The notes: generated from the sequence alone by a model not told the origin. Counted from the first letter of the stretch, positions 10,388 through 20,760 are shown. The stretch is 64,000 nt of DNA from a virus (IMGVR_UViG_3300034071_001431:32001-96000), one strand, 5' to 3'. A program made the numbers and translations.

Positions 10388-10717
10388 ATGGACATTTATC
10401 ATATATGGGCAGACAAAGAAGGCGACATCAGTGATTTAGACTGGGTCAATAATATGAAGGGATTTTTACAACATTTAGTCGACGAGGATAAATTAGTCAG
10501 CTATCGTATTACACGTTGTAAGATGGGTTTCCGCAGTATGGATATTCCAGAGTGGCATATTATGATGGAATTTAAAGATATGGCACAGTTAGATAATGCG
10601 TTTAAACGTGTTGCTCCGTTAGAAGGTGAGTTAGAATCTAAACATAGAAGTTTCAATCAATTCGTTAAGGGCAACATCCAACACGCATTATATCGTGACT
10701 GGCCGGATAATCTATAA
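10388..10717 (+). CDS. Small dimeric alpha-beta-barrel-like protein (DUF6614-like)
   Basis: Start MDIYHIW; EWHIMMEFKDMAQLDNAF pattern. Confidence 0.5.
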   Translation: MDIYHIWADKEGDISDLDWVNNMKGFLQHLVDEDKLVSYRITRCKMGFRSMDIPEWHIMMEFKDMAQLDNAFKRVAPLEGELESKHRSFNQFVKGNIQHALYRDWPDNL

Positions 10718-11458
10718 TTTTTTTGAAGTCTGTATAAATCGTATAATGTTTCCAAAAATATCAAACTTATAGTTGCCCCATGCATTATCATATTCAGCTG
10801 GTCGAGCATGATGGTTATTATGCAGGTGAGCACCAAGTAAAAATATTCCAGCCCATTGATTGTTGGTACTAGTATTATCCTGTGCATTATCTGCAGGACC
10901 CCACTTGTGGCATGCTACGTTTACTAAAAAATTAATCCATAGAGTCGATAATACGTTGACTGCATAATACCAAAGTAATAATGGTGATGCTAATGCTAAT
11001 ATTACAAATACTGCAACTTGAATTTTAAAATAGTGACGATGTTGTTGCACCAACCATGTATCTTTAAATAAATCTTTAACTATACGTGCTGTAAAGTCTA
11101 CGGTATTATGTTGATAAAAAATAGTGCCCCATAGATTAGTATGCGGATTGTGTGGATCTTTGTCTGTATCAGAATATCTATGATGTAATCTGTGTACTCC
11201 AGCAAACGCTACAATACTACCTTCGCCCGCCAGTGTATGTAATACTATTAATACCCGTTGATAGAACTTTGATGTAGCAAAACTGTTATGGCTCCATAGC
11301 CTGTGGGCGCCAACTTCACTTCCTATTCCTTTAGTTACAACACACAGAATAAAAATAATTATTGGAGCTTCCCACCCAATAGTTAAGTAAAAGGGCATGG
11401 TTAGCGCCAATATTGCGCTGACTATAATTAATAGCAAATGTTTAGTTTTATATGACAT
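10712..11458 (-). CDS. Membrane fatty-acid (delta-9-type) desaturase 1
   Basis: His boxes HRLWSH, HRLHH, HNNHH; transmembrane segments. Confidence 0.9.
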   Translation of the reverse strand: MSYKTKHLLLIIVSAILALTMPFYLTIGWEAPIIIFILCVVTKGIGSEVGAHRLWSHNSFATSKFYQRVLIVLHTLAGEGSIVAFAGVHRLHHRYSDTDKDPHNPHTNLWGTIFYQHNTVDFTARIVKDLFKDTWLVQQHRHYFKIQVAVFVILALASPLLLWYYAVNVLSTLWINFLVNVACHKWGPADNAQDNTSTNNQWAGIFLLGAHLHNNHHARPAEYDNAWGNYKFDIFGNIIRFIQTSKKL

Positions 11459-11497
11459 ATAACTAATTATCTGTGATTGGTATTGTGTGAAATATTT

Positions 11498-11656
11498 TTA
11501 CTCGCAGTCAGTACACTCAATTAAGCGTCGAACTATTTCGGCTTCGGTCTTGGTATCAGTTGGTACAAGGGTTAGTGTTTCTCTTTGGTACGCAGATAGT
11601 TGATGTTTAGCAAGTGCCAATACATCATTTGCTAATTGTGCTGTTGTCGTTGACAT
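11498..11656 (-). CDS. Small hypothetical protein
   Basis: Start at MSTTTAQ with AAGGGA RBS. Confidence 0.5.
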   Translation of the reverse strand: MSTTTAQLANDVLALAKHQLSAYQRETLTLVPTDTKTEAEIVRRLIECTDCE

Positions 11657-11714
11657 TGTGTGTCCCTTAGTTAATTTACATGGCAATTTTGTCACCATGT
11701 AAATATTTAGTTGA

Positions 11715-12200
11715 TTATGTAATTAATGCCGCAAGTATAGCGGGGTCAATATCATCAAAGGTGCCACGCTCATTTTCGCTTACAAACTTTGAACTGTGCT
11801 GATACACTTGCTCATTTGGTTCGGGTAGTTGTTCAGTAAGCGCAATCATAAGACGATATGCTTCCCATGCTTCTTTAACACCATCACTTGTAACGTCTGC
11901 TTCTGTTGGGTATAAGTCCATCCAAATGTAATCACGCGGCACTGAGCTTGCACTAATACCGTTAGCACGTGGCTCGAGTACTTTACCGGACTTCCAAAGT
12001 TCAAGTCCAATGCGTTCACATTCTGCTGGGTCTAATCCCATTAAGTAATCACGTCTATGGGTATATTCAGTAATTACATTTTTAACGTGTTCTTCCGTAA
12101 TCATATGTGTACGTGCAATGATGCACATAACATCTTCAAGTTTAACTGTACCGTTAACTAAATCTTTAAGACACCGACCAAAACTAAAACCTATTTTCAT
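11715..12200 (-). CDS. Hypothetical protein
   Basis: 161 aa ORF behind a TTGACA-17-TATACT promoter. Confidence 0.7.
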   Translation of the reverse strand: MKIGFSFGRCLKDLVNGTVKLEDVMCIIARTHMITEEHVKNVITEYTHRRDYLMGLDPAECERIGLELWKSGKVLEPRANGISASSVPRDYIWMDLYPTEADVTSDGVKEAWEAYRLMIALTEQLPEPNEQVYQHSSKFVSENERGTFDDIDPAILAALIT

Positions 12201-12255
12201 ACAGAACCTTTCACTAAAAACATAGTATAACTGAAATTAGTGAAGGTGTCAAGCG

Positions 12256-12765
12256 TTATCTTACAGCGACTTTGTCTCCACTGTAAAACGTGTGTCCGCC
12301 AATGCGATCTATTTTAGCAAGACCCCACTTTGGGCGCACTTTAGCATTATGAAAGTACAATGCTTCAGAGCCAAGTGATTCTAATCTAAGTCCGTCAAGT
12401 AATACCTTACGTGCAATTTCTTGACTGTCCTGCCATGCTTTAGAATATACTCGGCGACCTTTTGCTAACGGGTCACACACCCATGAGAATTGACATATAG
12501 TCTTATCTGCTACTTGAGTTTTTTGATTTACAACCCCGCATATGGTTGATGGGAAATTACCATTATTTGCTCTATTGATTGTTACTTGAGCTACTGCTAC
12601 TTTGCCGTCAAAACTTTCGCTTCCGGCTTCATGGTAAATGTTTTGTGCTAAACAAGTTAATTGTTTTTGTGTTGCAACTGATATTGCTTCTTCTGCGTTG
12701 GCAGTAATTATAACTAATGACATAATGGCCATGAATGCTATTTTTGAGTAGATGAAACTGCTCAT
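12256..12765 (-). CDS. SleB-like cell wall hydrolase
   Basis: CLAQNIYHEA, VAVAQVTINR, CQFSW, ALYFH, IGGHTFY; N-terminal signal. Confidence 0.9.
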   Translation of the reverse strand: MSSFIYSKIAFMAIMSLVIITANAEEAISVATQKQLTCLAQNIYHEAGSESFDGKVAVAQVTINRANNGNFPSTICGVVNQKTQVADKTICQFSWVCDPLAKGRRVYSKAWQDSQEIARKVLLDGLRLESLGSEALYFHNAKVRPKWGLAKIDRIGGHTFYSGDKVAVR

Positions 12766-12815
12766 AGTAGATACCTCCTATTAAGTTATTGCGTGTAATT
12801 CTTACAGACGTGTTA

Positions 12816-13031
12816 TTAAGTTGATGACTTTCTTTGAAATGTTAAAAATTTGCAAGTAGCTGGTTGTTCTTGAATCATCAGTAGATCATAATCACTACAT
12901 CTGGGTTCTACAACTTCTAAACTTGCTGTGTGTCTGTGGCACGTAGTACTTATCTTACACTTTCTTCCTGCACAATAATAACTTAGTGCCGGCGTTGCTT
13001 CTTGCAATGTGGTTTCCTGTGGCTTTCGCAT
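12816..13031 (-). CDS. Small Cys-rich hypothetical protein
   Basis: AAGGAGG RBS. Confidence 0.6.
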   Translation of the reverse strand: MRKPQETTLQEATPALSYYCAGRKCKISTTCHRHTASLEVVEPRCSDYDLLMIQEQPATCKFLTFQRKSST

Positions 13032-13112
13032 AAGAATCCTCCTTGTGTATTATATATAGTCCATGTATTCCCATGGTTTACTATATACTTTACTTTATGC
13101 AGGATAGGATAA

Positions 13113-13934
13113 CTACCACAAATTTAAAATACCCGGCATACGTTTAAGTAGATCGAGTCTATAATGATCCCATATATTATACAATTCTTCACTATCGTAA
13201 TCATTTATTAATACCTTTAAATCCGATAATGCACCAATGTCTGCAATATAAGGCTTATACTTAGCTGGCATAGTTTCATCAGTGTGATGATATGCCAGCA
13301 CCGATAGTCCGGATAATTCTAAATAAGTCGATATTAATCGTTCATTTAAAAATGTAAACATAGGCAATGATTTATCATGCGCATACAAAGCAGAACCCGG
13401 AGCAAATACTTGTTTATGGAATTCAGCATCACTTGCTGCTTCGGTAAATATTCGGCGACTAAATGCCATATAACCATCCCAAAACTCCCTATTTCCTACC
13501 ACATAAGTAGCAAAAACGGTGTGTCTTCTGTCTATTACTAACTCTCGTACGTTAATGTCTTTGTAACCACTTTTAGCCATAAACGAATCTGCTATTTGAC
13601 TTAGATTCGGATGGTAGATATCTCCTTGTTCCCATGGATTTGCAAATAGTGCTTCATTTACTAGAAAAGGATTAAACAAATAAACATCGTATCCGGGATT
13701 TGCTGTAATATAATCTGTTGTTTGCTTTCCGGTCAGGAACATCTTTTCTTTATATCGCCAGCTAACAAATCCCCAATGGTCCAAATCCTGTGCGACAATA
13801 TTTTCATGTTCCTTATCCCATACATACCATTCACACAATTCCGGGCGAAGGTTTGATGTATTGTCATATGCAGTGAATCCTGGATCTAATAATGGTATTT
13901 GGGCAGGATCGTAATATATTTGAAATATTTTCAT
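13113..13934 (-). CDS. Putative glycosyltransferase-like protein
   Basis: KIFQIYY start, GFVSW, ERL motif; lies in a sugar-enzyme operon. Confidence 0.45.
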   Translation of the reverse strand: MKIFQIYYDPAQIPLLDPGFTAYDNTSNLRPELCEWYVWDKEHENIVAQDLDHWGFVSWRYKEKMFLTGKQTTDYITANPGYDVYLFNPFLVNEALFANPWEQGDIYHPNLSQIADSFMAKSGYKDINVRELVIDRRHTVFATYVVGNREFWDGYMAFSRRIFTEAASDAEFHKQVFAPGSALYAHDKSLPMFTFLNERLISTYLELSGLSVLAYHHTDETMPAKYKPYIADIGALSDLKVLINDYDSEELYNIWDHYRLDLLKRMPGILNLW

Positions 13935-14470
13935 TATTTCTTAATTCCCCAAAAATATAAATCTTGTGATGCTGGATTTACGGAATAGTTATGACTTGCA
14001 AATATGTCCGATGCATTAATAATATTATTGAAATCATCTTCGATTAGATTTTTATAATATTCCCAACCTTTTCCAATAGTCAAAGGACTATCTAGAGGAG
14101 AGGTACGAGTGGTACCGTGCTCTGCTCTACCAGTGGTAGCACAGGTCATTACAATTAGTCCGCCTGATTTACATAGTCTAATCATATTTAGAAATGTTTC
14201 GGCCCAATGCGGATTATGCTCAAAACATTCGCATGATATAACAGTATCAAATGTTTCCACGGGTGCATCATACACGTGCCCTTCACATACAATATCGACA
14301 TCTCGACCGGCGCCCACATCTATGCCTGTATAATCGCAGTTATCAAAGAATTGGCGTACTGAACCATTTATATTTAAACTACCAATTTCTAATACCTTAC
14401 TATTAGTAAACTGTTTAGGAAATACTGCACGTATGCTACTTACAAAATATAATTGTTGTGGGTGTGACAT
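13934..14470 (-). CDS. Class I SAM-dependent methyltransferase
   Basis: VLEIGS, FDTVISCECFEH. Confidence 0.85.
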   Translation of the reverse strand: MSHPQQLYFVSSIRAVFPKQFTNSKVLEIGSLNINGSVRQFFDNCDYTGIDVGAGRDVDIVCEGHVYDAPVETFDTVISCECFEHNPHWAETFLNMIRLCKSGGLIVMTCATTGRAEHGTTRTSPLDSPLTIGKGWEYYKNLIEDDFNNIINASDIFASHNYSVNPASQDLYFWGIKK

Positions 14471-15213
14471 TAGTCCATTACTTCCATTCCGTTTGGTGCG
14501 ATGTTACCTCGAAGGCCAACTGTATCAAGTTCGACTAGTTTACTAGGTGGAACGAACTTAGCCATACTATGTTCGATATCAATATATTTTCCTTTGTTAA
14601 ATGTCGCAAACATATTTTGAAGAATATTTTGAAATAGTTGAATAGTGTCCACATACAAACTCGGAGTAAACGACCACAGGCGAGTTTGTAACATTGTTGA
14701 TACTCCGGTGTCTGCGGTTGCAATCCAACTTGGTTGTGCTTTCTTAAACACATATTTGTCTACAGTTGTTTCGTTATCAAACTTAGTAATGTCAAACTTA
14801 TCAGTGACTTGATAACGTCCGCTAAGTTTAAATATACGAGATGAATTTGCAATAATATCCATTATCTCTGCATTGGTTGACATGTATGATAATGCTTTGT
14901 ACATACCAATGCACTCCATTGAATTCTTACCAATATCGTAATTAGTAATATTATTATGGAAATGCTGTATGTCTTTATCATCACTGTTATCAATGTAATA
15001 ATCAACAAGGTCAATCAACTCATTCAGTTCATTGCTCTCGTCTTGTGCAATTGCAGTAGTACTATTGTCGATTAAGATAACAGTACAGCCCGGTATATAT
15101 TGCTTTGCGCTTTTAACAGTATCTAACGTTTGTTGTATGCGTTGTTTAGCATCATAAATGCCATAGTTAGTATGTACTGCTGATGTTACTAAGACGGTAG
15201 GTTTAGTTAGCAT
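14470..15213 (-). CDS. Putative glycosyltransferase-like protein
   Basis: IFKLSGRY and DIEH motifs; operon context. Confidence 0.45.
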   Translation of the reverse strand: MLTKPTVLVTSAVHTNYGIYDAKQRIQQTLDTVKSAKQYIPGCTVILIDNSTTAIAQDESNELNELIDLVDYYIDNSDDKDIQHFHNNITNYDIGKNSMECIGMYKALSYMSTNAEIMDIIANSSRIFKLSGRYQVTDKFDITKFDNETTVDKYVFKKAQPSWIATADTGVSTMLQTRLWSFTPSLYVDTIQLFQNILQNMFATFNKGKYIDIEHSMAKFVPPSKLVELDTVGLRGNIAPNGMEVMD

Positions 15214-16235
15214 CTCAACCATCTCTCATTAGCTAATGTCCATTGTACTACTTCGCCGATACGATCCGATAATGCAACTTTCGGTTCCCATCCAAGTGTA
15301 CGCATATAGTCGCCGCTCAATGCATAACGTAAATCATGCCCCGGACGTGAACTATGGAAGTCTACCATTTCATATTTTAATTCTTTACCTTGTGCTGTTG
15401 CAATTAGTTTAGCAAGTGCTAAATTATCAATTTCTTCTTTACCAACTAAATTAAATTTAGGACATTTTGCATCGCCAAAATCACGTGCTAGTTTACTTGG
15501 GTCTAAGTTTAACAAGAAGTGCATGGCATCAGCTACATCCGCGGCATGAATATAATGTCTACTTCCTGGTATTGTACGTGTGCTATCACTGTGAATAGTA
15601 ATAGAGTCACCATCGTTTACTTTACGTATACACATAGGAATAAACTTCTCAGGATGCTGTCTTTCACCAAACACATTCATAGTATGGGTAATGTAAATTG
15701 GCAGGCCATATGTATTTTCAAATGCAACTGCTAGCTCTTCGCCGCCGGCTTTACTTGCTGAATATGGATTAGTTGAATTATATCTATCACGTTCTTTATA
15801 ATTAACTCCTGCTGGTGCCGGACCAAATACTTCATCAGTTGAGAAATAGATAAAGCGTTCTAAGTTAGGCAATGTACGTGCAAATTGCAATGCGTGACCT
15901 GTACCGACTACGTTATCCATTACAAATTCCATTGGATAATCAATACTGCGATCTACATGCGAACCTGCCGCCAAGTGTAATACAAAGTTTGCATCACCAA
16001 TCTCACGTGCTACCATTGGATTAATTTCTGCACGTAAATCATGAAATACAATCTTAACACGTTTACGTGTTTCTAACGGAAAGTCTTCCATCATATCAGC
16101 TAATCGGTTTAAGTTACCCGAAAAGTCTAAACGATCTAAGCTGACAATGTTCCAGTCGGTATTTTTAAGTAAGTTTTCGATAACATGATGTGCGATGAAT
16201 CCAGCACCACCTGTTACCAGCACGGTTTTTGACAT
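15207..16235 (-). CDS. rmlB: dTDP-glucose 4,6-dehydratase family SDR
   Basis: GGAGFI, HLAAGSHVDRSI, STDEVFG, YSASK, RPGHDLRYA. Confidence 0.9.
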   Translation of the reverse strand: MSKTVLVTGGAGFIAHHVIENLLKNTDWNIVSLDRLDFSGNLNRLADMMEDFPLETRKRVKIVFHDLRAEINPMVAREIGDANFVLHLAAGSHVDRSIDYPMEFVMDNVVGTGHALQFARTLPNLERFIYFSTDEVFGPAPAGVNYKERDRYNSTNPYSASKAGGEELAVAFENTYGLPIYITHTMNVFGERQHPEKFIPMCIRKVNDGDSITIHSDSTRTIPGSRHYIHAADVADAMHFLLNLDPSKLARDFGDAKCPKFNLVGKEEIDNLALAKLIATAQGKELKYEMVDFHSSRPGHDLRYALSGDYMRTLGWEPKVALSDRIGEVVQWTLANERWLRC

Positions 16236-16269
16236 TGAATGTTTCCTTGTTAATTGATACAATATTTAT

Positions 16270-16425
16270 TTACGCTGGTTGTGATACTTTGCCTTCTACG
16301 TATTCACGAATGAACTTAACTGCTTTACGACTTGTATCGAATACAAACTCTTTTGCATCATCTTCTGTATTTAAAATTACAATAAAACCATTTGCTACTT
16401 TTCTAATCTCGATTGATTCAAACAT
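16270..16425 (-). CDS. 51-aa hypothetical protein MFESIEIRKVANGFIV...
   Basis: Hand-translated; GGAG RBS. Confidence 0.65.
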   Translation of the reverse strand: MFESIEIRKVANGFIVILNTEDDAKEFVFDTSRKAVKFIREYVEGKVSQPA

Positions 16426-16515
16426 AGTGTTACTCCGGTTATAATATATTAGTTTAACACTATTTTACAACGTTAGTCAAGAGAATAGGCAAGAAATCTG
16501 CCTATTTTGAGTGAA

Positions 16516-16725
16516 TTACTTAGCTGGTTGTTGCTGACGTGCTTGTCCACCGTTAGCTGGTGTTGAGCGCAATTCAGAGAACTTTTTGTTCTTAGATTCC
16601 ATGTATGATTGCTGAGCACTTACCATTGCATTCAGATAAATCTTACGTTCTGTTTTGTCTAAGATTGTTGCTAATGTTAATTTAACCATCTTACCTAATT
16701 TGAAACTTGCATTTGTTTTAGCCAT
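16516..16725 (-). CDS. Small basic hypothetical protein
   Basis: AAGGAG RBS; followed by terminator-like stem at 16484-16508. Confidence 0.7.
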   Translation of the reverse strand: MAKTNASFKLGKMVKLTLATILDKTERKIYLNAMVSAQQSYMESKNKKFSELRSTPANGGQARQQQPAK

Positions 16726-16737
16726 GTGTATTACTCC

Positions 16738-16977
16738 TTATCGTGATTCAACTTTGAGATTTAGTACAAAATTTTCTACTAACAGTTTAGTGATTGTTGC
16801 TACTATAATTGCTTCGCCGTCTTCAGTTGAAGCGTGTTGCTTATATAGTTCAAATGCTTGACTGCCCACCAGTTGATATATACGGTCTTTATCAAGTGGT
16901 AAGTTTTCCCAATCAATTGCATCGGTTGTTTCTACTTCTTTTGCTAGTTCAATAATTTGTTCAAGTGTGTAGTTCAT
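16738..16977 (-). CDS. Hypothetical protein
   Basis: Start MNYTLEQ 6 nt after a TATACT -10 box. Confidence 0.65.
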   Translation of the reverse strand: MNYTLEQIIELAKEVETTDAIDWENLPLDKDRIYQLVGSQAFELYKQHASTEDGEAIIVATITKLLVENFVLNLKVESR

Positions 16978-17053
16978 ATAATTAGTATATAGCCTCCAGA
17001 AACTAAAGTCAACAAAAATATTCATCAGAATAGAATAATTAGTAAATATAGAT

Positions 17054-17854
17054 ATGTATAAATTATTCAAACTACCAAATCTTTCTAATTATCAACAAAC
17101 TCTACTAGTACAAGCAATTTTATATAGTAGCGTAGCACTGGTGCTGTTATTTGCATTTGATTGGCTACTACTGCTAAAAGGATTACTTGTTGGTTGGGTG
17201 TTTTTTTGTTTTGCTATTTCTATTAGCTTACACAAATATGCAAGTCATCGTTCGTTTGAACCGCGCAACCGCCTTATCAAACTAATTTTATTATGGTTAG
17301 GTAACCAAGCAACCTTAGGAAGTAGCATAGGATTTGCAGCAGGGCACAGACAACATCATATATCAAGCGACACCGACGCAGACCCATTTAGACTAACTGA
17401 TTCATTTATGCATAATTTAAAACTATGGTTCTATTATTTTCCAACTGGTACTATTAGTCCACGACTAATTAAAGATTTGTCTGGTGATAAGGATTATAAG
17501 TTTTTTCACACCCATTATTGGAAAATTTGGGCAGTACTACCTGTTAGCATGTTTTGCCTACTAGGTCCTGTATATTTTGTTTATTTCTTTGCACTTCCGG
17601 TAGTATATGGTTTCTTAGGAATGAGTTATGTTACTGTAGTTGCACACTCAACAACATGGCGCAAATGGTTTAATGGAACTGCTGATTTTGATACAAACGA
17701 TCAAAGTTGGGATGGTAAATTCTTTACTGTGCTATTTGCTGGCGAAGGATATCACCACACACATCATGCAAATCCCAGCGAATACAGTTATAGTATCCCC
17801 GGGAAGCAATTTGATTTTTCAGGCTTTGTAATTAAATATATTAAGAAAGACTAA
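17054..17854 (+). CDS. Membrane fatty-acid desaturase 2
   Basis: HKYASH, HRQHH, GEGYHHTHH. Confidence 0.9.
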   Translation: MYKLFKLPNLSNYQQTLLVQAILYSSVALVLLFAFDWLLLLKGLLVGWVFFCFAISISLHKYASHRSFEPRNRLIKLILLWLGNQATLGSSIGFAAGHRQHHISSDTDADPFRLTDSFMHNLKLWFYYFPTGTISPRLIKDLSGDKDYKFFHTHYWKIWAVLPVSMFCLLGPVYFVYFFALPVVYGFLGMSYVTVVAHSTTWRKWFNGTADFDTNDQSWDGKFFTVLFAGEGYHHTHHANPSEYSYSIPGKQFDFSGFVIKYIKKD

Positions 17855-18675
17855 GTGTAAAACTTCTGTTCGTATTCTTCTTCTTCAGCCTTTGGCACAT
17901 GCCCAATTAGTTTAATCATCCAAAAACCAAAGTCCCAATCTCTTGCAGTAAACTTATTTCTACATGCTGCAGGACGGGCATGATGGTTATTATGATTACC
18001 ATCACCTGGCACAAATACTGATGCTAGTTGACTGTTAAATGTTAAATCATCACTATCAAAGTTAGTATATCCAATTAATTTATGCAACCATGTTTTATGT
18101 GCTAATACAGTAATGTAACTAATTGCAGTAAAGCCGTAGATAACAGGAATAAAGTAAAAATAGCATAATAATTTAATATCAATTAATGCCAATACCACAA
18201 TGTACGCTATTACAATTTTAAAATAGTACTTGTGGAAAAACTTATGCAACGGGTCAACAGTTAAGTCCTTTACTGTACGTGGGCTTATGTGGTATGTTGG
18301 AAAATAATAGAACCAAAGTTTAATTGACCTCCATGCACTTTCGTTAATATTCGGACTATGCGGGTCTTCGGGCTTGTCAGAAAATTTGTGATGTTTACGA
18401 TGAGTTGCGGCCCAACTAATATTACTACCAAGACTTAATATAGTACTACAAAATAGCATAAAGCCTTTAATAGCATCATTCTTTGTTTCAAAACTTCTAT
18501 GACTACTATATTTGTGCAACCCACAACTTGCACCAAGTAAAAATATCAACCAAGAAAATATTAGACTAGGAACTAGCCAGTGCCAATCGAACTGCCATAG
18601 CAGTGTGTAAACAAACCCTCCATATGCAAATGCTTGTAAAAGTTTTGCTTTGGCATCTAAACTAAGTTTAATCAT
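17851..18675 (-). CDS. Membrane fatty-acid desaturase 3
   Basis: HKYSSH, HRKHH, HNNHH. Confidence 0.9.
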   Translation of the reverse strand: MIKLSLDAKAKLLQAFAYGGFVYTLLWQFDWHWLVPSLIFSWLIFLLGASCGLHKYSSHRSFETKNDAIKGFMLFCSTILSLGSNISWAATHRKHHKFSDKPEDPHSPNINESAWRSIKLWFYYFPTYHISPRTVKDLTVDPLHKFFHKYYFKIVIAYIVVLALIDIKLLCYFYFIPVIYGFTAISYITVLAHKTWLHKLIGYTNFDSDDLTFNSQLASVFVPGDGNHNNHHARPAACRNKFTARDWDFGFWMIKLIGHVPKAEEEEYEQKFYT

Positions 18676-18719
18676 ACTATCCCCTATGCTGTTATTTATA
18701 ATACAGGTTGTGTGGCCAT

Positions 18720-18745
18720 AAAAAAAGGCACCGAAGTGCCTTTTT
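18720..18745. terminator. Bidirectional intrinsic terminator
   Basis: AAAAAAGGCAC-CGAA-GTGCCTTTTT. Confidence 0.85.
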
Positions 18746-18756
18746 ATTAGTTCAAA

Positions 18757-19341
18757 TTAGAACTTAACCAAATAACCTAGGTTGTAACCAATAAACTCGC
18801 TAGCGCCATAACTACGATCCACGCCCAATGTCAAAGTTTGATTTTTTGCTAAAGTATAATCTGCACCTAAACGCACAGTATCAGTCTGTTCATTATATGA
18901 ATTATTAAAGCTATCACGGAAACGGTATCCAGCTCTAACTACAAATCCATTTGCCAAATCTAATTTAGCACCAGGTTCTATGCTGTAATAAGAATAGTCA
19001 CTGTTAGTGGTAAATTTATAACCCAAACCGCCACGAGTATATAATGAAATACCGTTAGTTAAACCATAAGCGTAAGTAACTCCAGATTCTAATCTAGTGC
19101 TGCTTACTCCGTCATTATTGTTTAATTTTTCTGTACGAAATTGCTCACCTAAATCGATAGTTAAATTATCAGATAACTTGCGACCAACTGTAAAGTTTAC
19201 ACCTTGACGATTTGTATCTTGGCTGTCGCTGGCTACGGTATCACGGAATGTATATTGTAAATGTACAAAGTTTTTGTTATCTTCTGCAAATGCTTGTGTT
19301 GCTGATACTGCTAATAATAATGCTAATAAAATTTTACTCAT
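18757..19341 (-). CDS. Outer-membrane beta-barrel protein (small porin-like)
   Basis: Signal peptide ending AFA, amphipathic beta strands, C-terminal YLVKF. Confidence 0.8.
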   Translation of the reverse strand: MSKILLALLLAVSATQAFAEDNKNFVHLQYTFRDTVASDSQDTNRQGVNFTVGRKLSDNLTIDLGEQFRTEKLNNNDGVSSTRLESGVTYAYGLTNGISLYTRGGLGYKFTTNSDYSYYSIEPGAKLDLANGFVVRAGYRFRDSFNNSYNEQTDTVRLGADYTLAKNQTLTLGVDRSYGASEFIGYNLGYLVKF

Positions 19342-19450
19342 TGATAATACTCCTTAATTGATACACTATGACTTATAGTATTTGTATAGTGTATATGTAT
19401 TTATCAGTGGTGTCAACCTTTTTGTTGTTTTTTGATACTAGGTGTTGTTT

Positions 19451-19669
19451 TTATGCAACATCAATTAACTTTGCTTGTGTAACTCGCATCATTAATTCAG
19501 TTGTACCTACCTTAATGTGAATTGGACCATTGAATGTTGCTTGCCGAAGAATAGTTAGCGTTGAGCCAACTTTAATACCGAGTGCATTAATTCGACGAGA
19601 AAGTTCCTCGTCGAATGATAATGCTAATACCTTAACGCTTGCACCAACTTCTGCTTGGTCTAATGTCAT
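19451..19669 (-). CDS. feoA: FeoA family SH3-like protein
   Basis: RRINALGIKVG...ATFNGPIHIKV...MR...A pattern. Confidence 0.8.
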   Translation of the reverse strand: MTLDQAEVGASVKVLALSFDEELSRRINALGIKVGSTLTILRQATFNGPIHIKVGTTELMMRVTQAKLIDVA

Positions 19670-20562
19670 ACATCAACATATTTCAATGCAAAGCCAGTTG
19701 CTTGCGTTTCGTATCCAATGTAACCGCGTGGATTACAAACAATACGTGTTTCACCAATGACATAATCATACGGGTCATGTGTATGACCGTGTACCCATAG
19801 CTTAATCTGTGGACGATACGCTATGAAGTCGCCAAGCTCTGTATAGAACCCACCGTTCATAATCCTATCCCCACGGAATCTATCATGACAGCTTTGCATG
19901 CTTGGTGCGTGATGACCTACAACTACGTATTTCTTAGTAGGATCATTTGCAGTAACATGATTAACATAATCAATTGCTTGCTTGTGATCATTCATTGCAT
20001 CAGTTGGGGTAAACTTGCTTGCTTCTTCCTTAAACTTGTATCCAATAACAGTACGTACAGCATTAAAGTCAATACCATCGTCATACAATGGCACTTTACG
20101 TTGCACCATGTTGTTACCGTTATCAATGCACCTAAAGTCATTCATAGCATTTTTAATACCTGCTAGTGTAAGTGGGTCACCGCCGTTCATATCAGTCCAA
20201 ATAGTAGCACCAATAAATGTAATGTCACCAAGTTCCAATGTTTCTTTTTCAAGTATATGAATGTTTTCGAACTCTGCTAACGCACGTTTAAGAATGCCGT
20301 TTGTGTACTTAACATCACCATCATAGTGTTCGTGATTGCCCACTACGTAAATTACTTTAGGGAACGCTTTGCTTACTTGCGCAAAGAATTCCATATAACG
20401 ATCAGCACGTTTACGATTGCTGTACATGTTCTTGTCTGCTAGTTCAATGTCACGAGCAACACAAATATCGCCAGCTAAGATTAGCACGTCAGCATTTTGG
20501 TCATTGGTTAATTCAATGCTACCAAACTCCAAATGTATATCTGATGCTATTGCTAAACGCAT
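19666..20562 (-). CDS. Calcineurin-like metallophosphoesterase
   Basis: SDIH, AGDI, GNHE, HHAP, HGHTH. Confidence 0.9.
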   Translation of the reverse strand: MRLAIASDIHLEFGSIELTNDQNADVLILAGDICVARDIELADKNMYSNRKRADRYMEFFAQVSKAFPKVIYVVGNHEHYDGDVKYTNGILKRALAEFENIHILEKETLELGDITFIGATIWTDMNGGDPLTLAGIKNAMNDFRCIDNGNNMVQRKVPLYDDGIDFNAVRTVIGYKFKEEASKFTPTDAMNDHKQAIDYVNHVTANDPTKKYVVVGHHAPSMQSCHDRFRGDRIMNGGFYTELGDFIAYRPQIKLWVHGHTHDPYDYVIGETRIVCNPRGYIGYETQATGFALKYVDV

Positions 20563-20585
20563 TGCGTTCTCCTTATTAATGTATT

Positions 20586-20614
20586 ATTATACTATGAAAC
20601 GACTGGTTTGTCAA
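20586..20614 (-). promoter_or_regulatory. Sigma70-type promoter
   Basis: TTGACA-17-TATAAT. Confidence 0.85.
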
Positions 20615-20760
20615 TCGTTTATTTGAATTGTTTCTTTGATGACTTCGTATCCGTTGAGCTTGCTATCGGATACTGTCTTGTCTGCTTTTGCTTCGTTTGT
20701 GTACTTAAATGTGTTTGTTACTACACCATCTTCTTTAATTGTTACTACGTACAATATCAT
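20611..20760 (-). CDS. 49-aa hypothetical protein MILYVVTIKEDG...
   Basis: Hand-translated; GGGGGA RBS and TAAATA motif upstream. Confidence 0.55.
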   Translation of the reverse strand: MILYVVTIKEDGVVTNTFKYTNEAKADKTVSDSKLNGYEVIKETIQIND

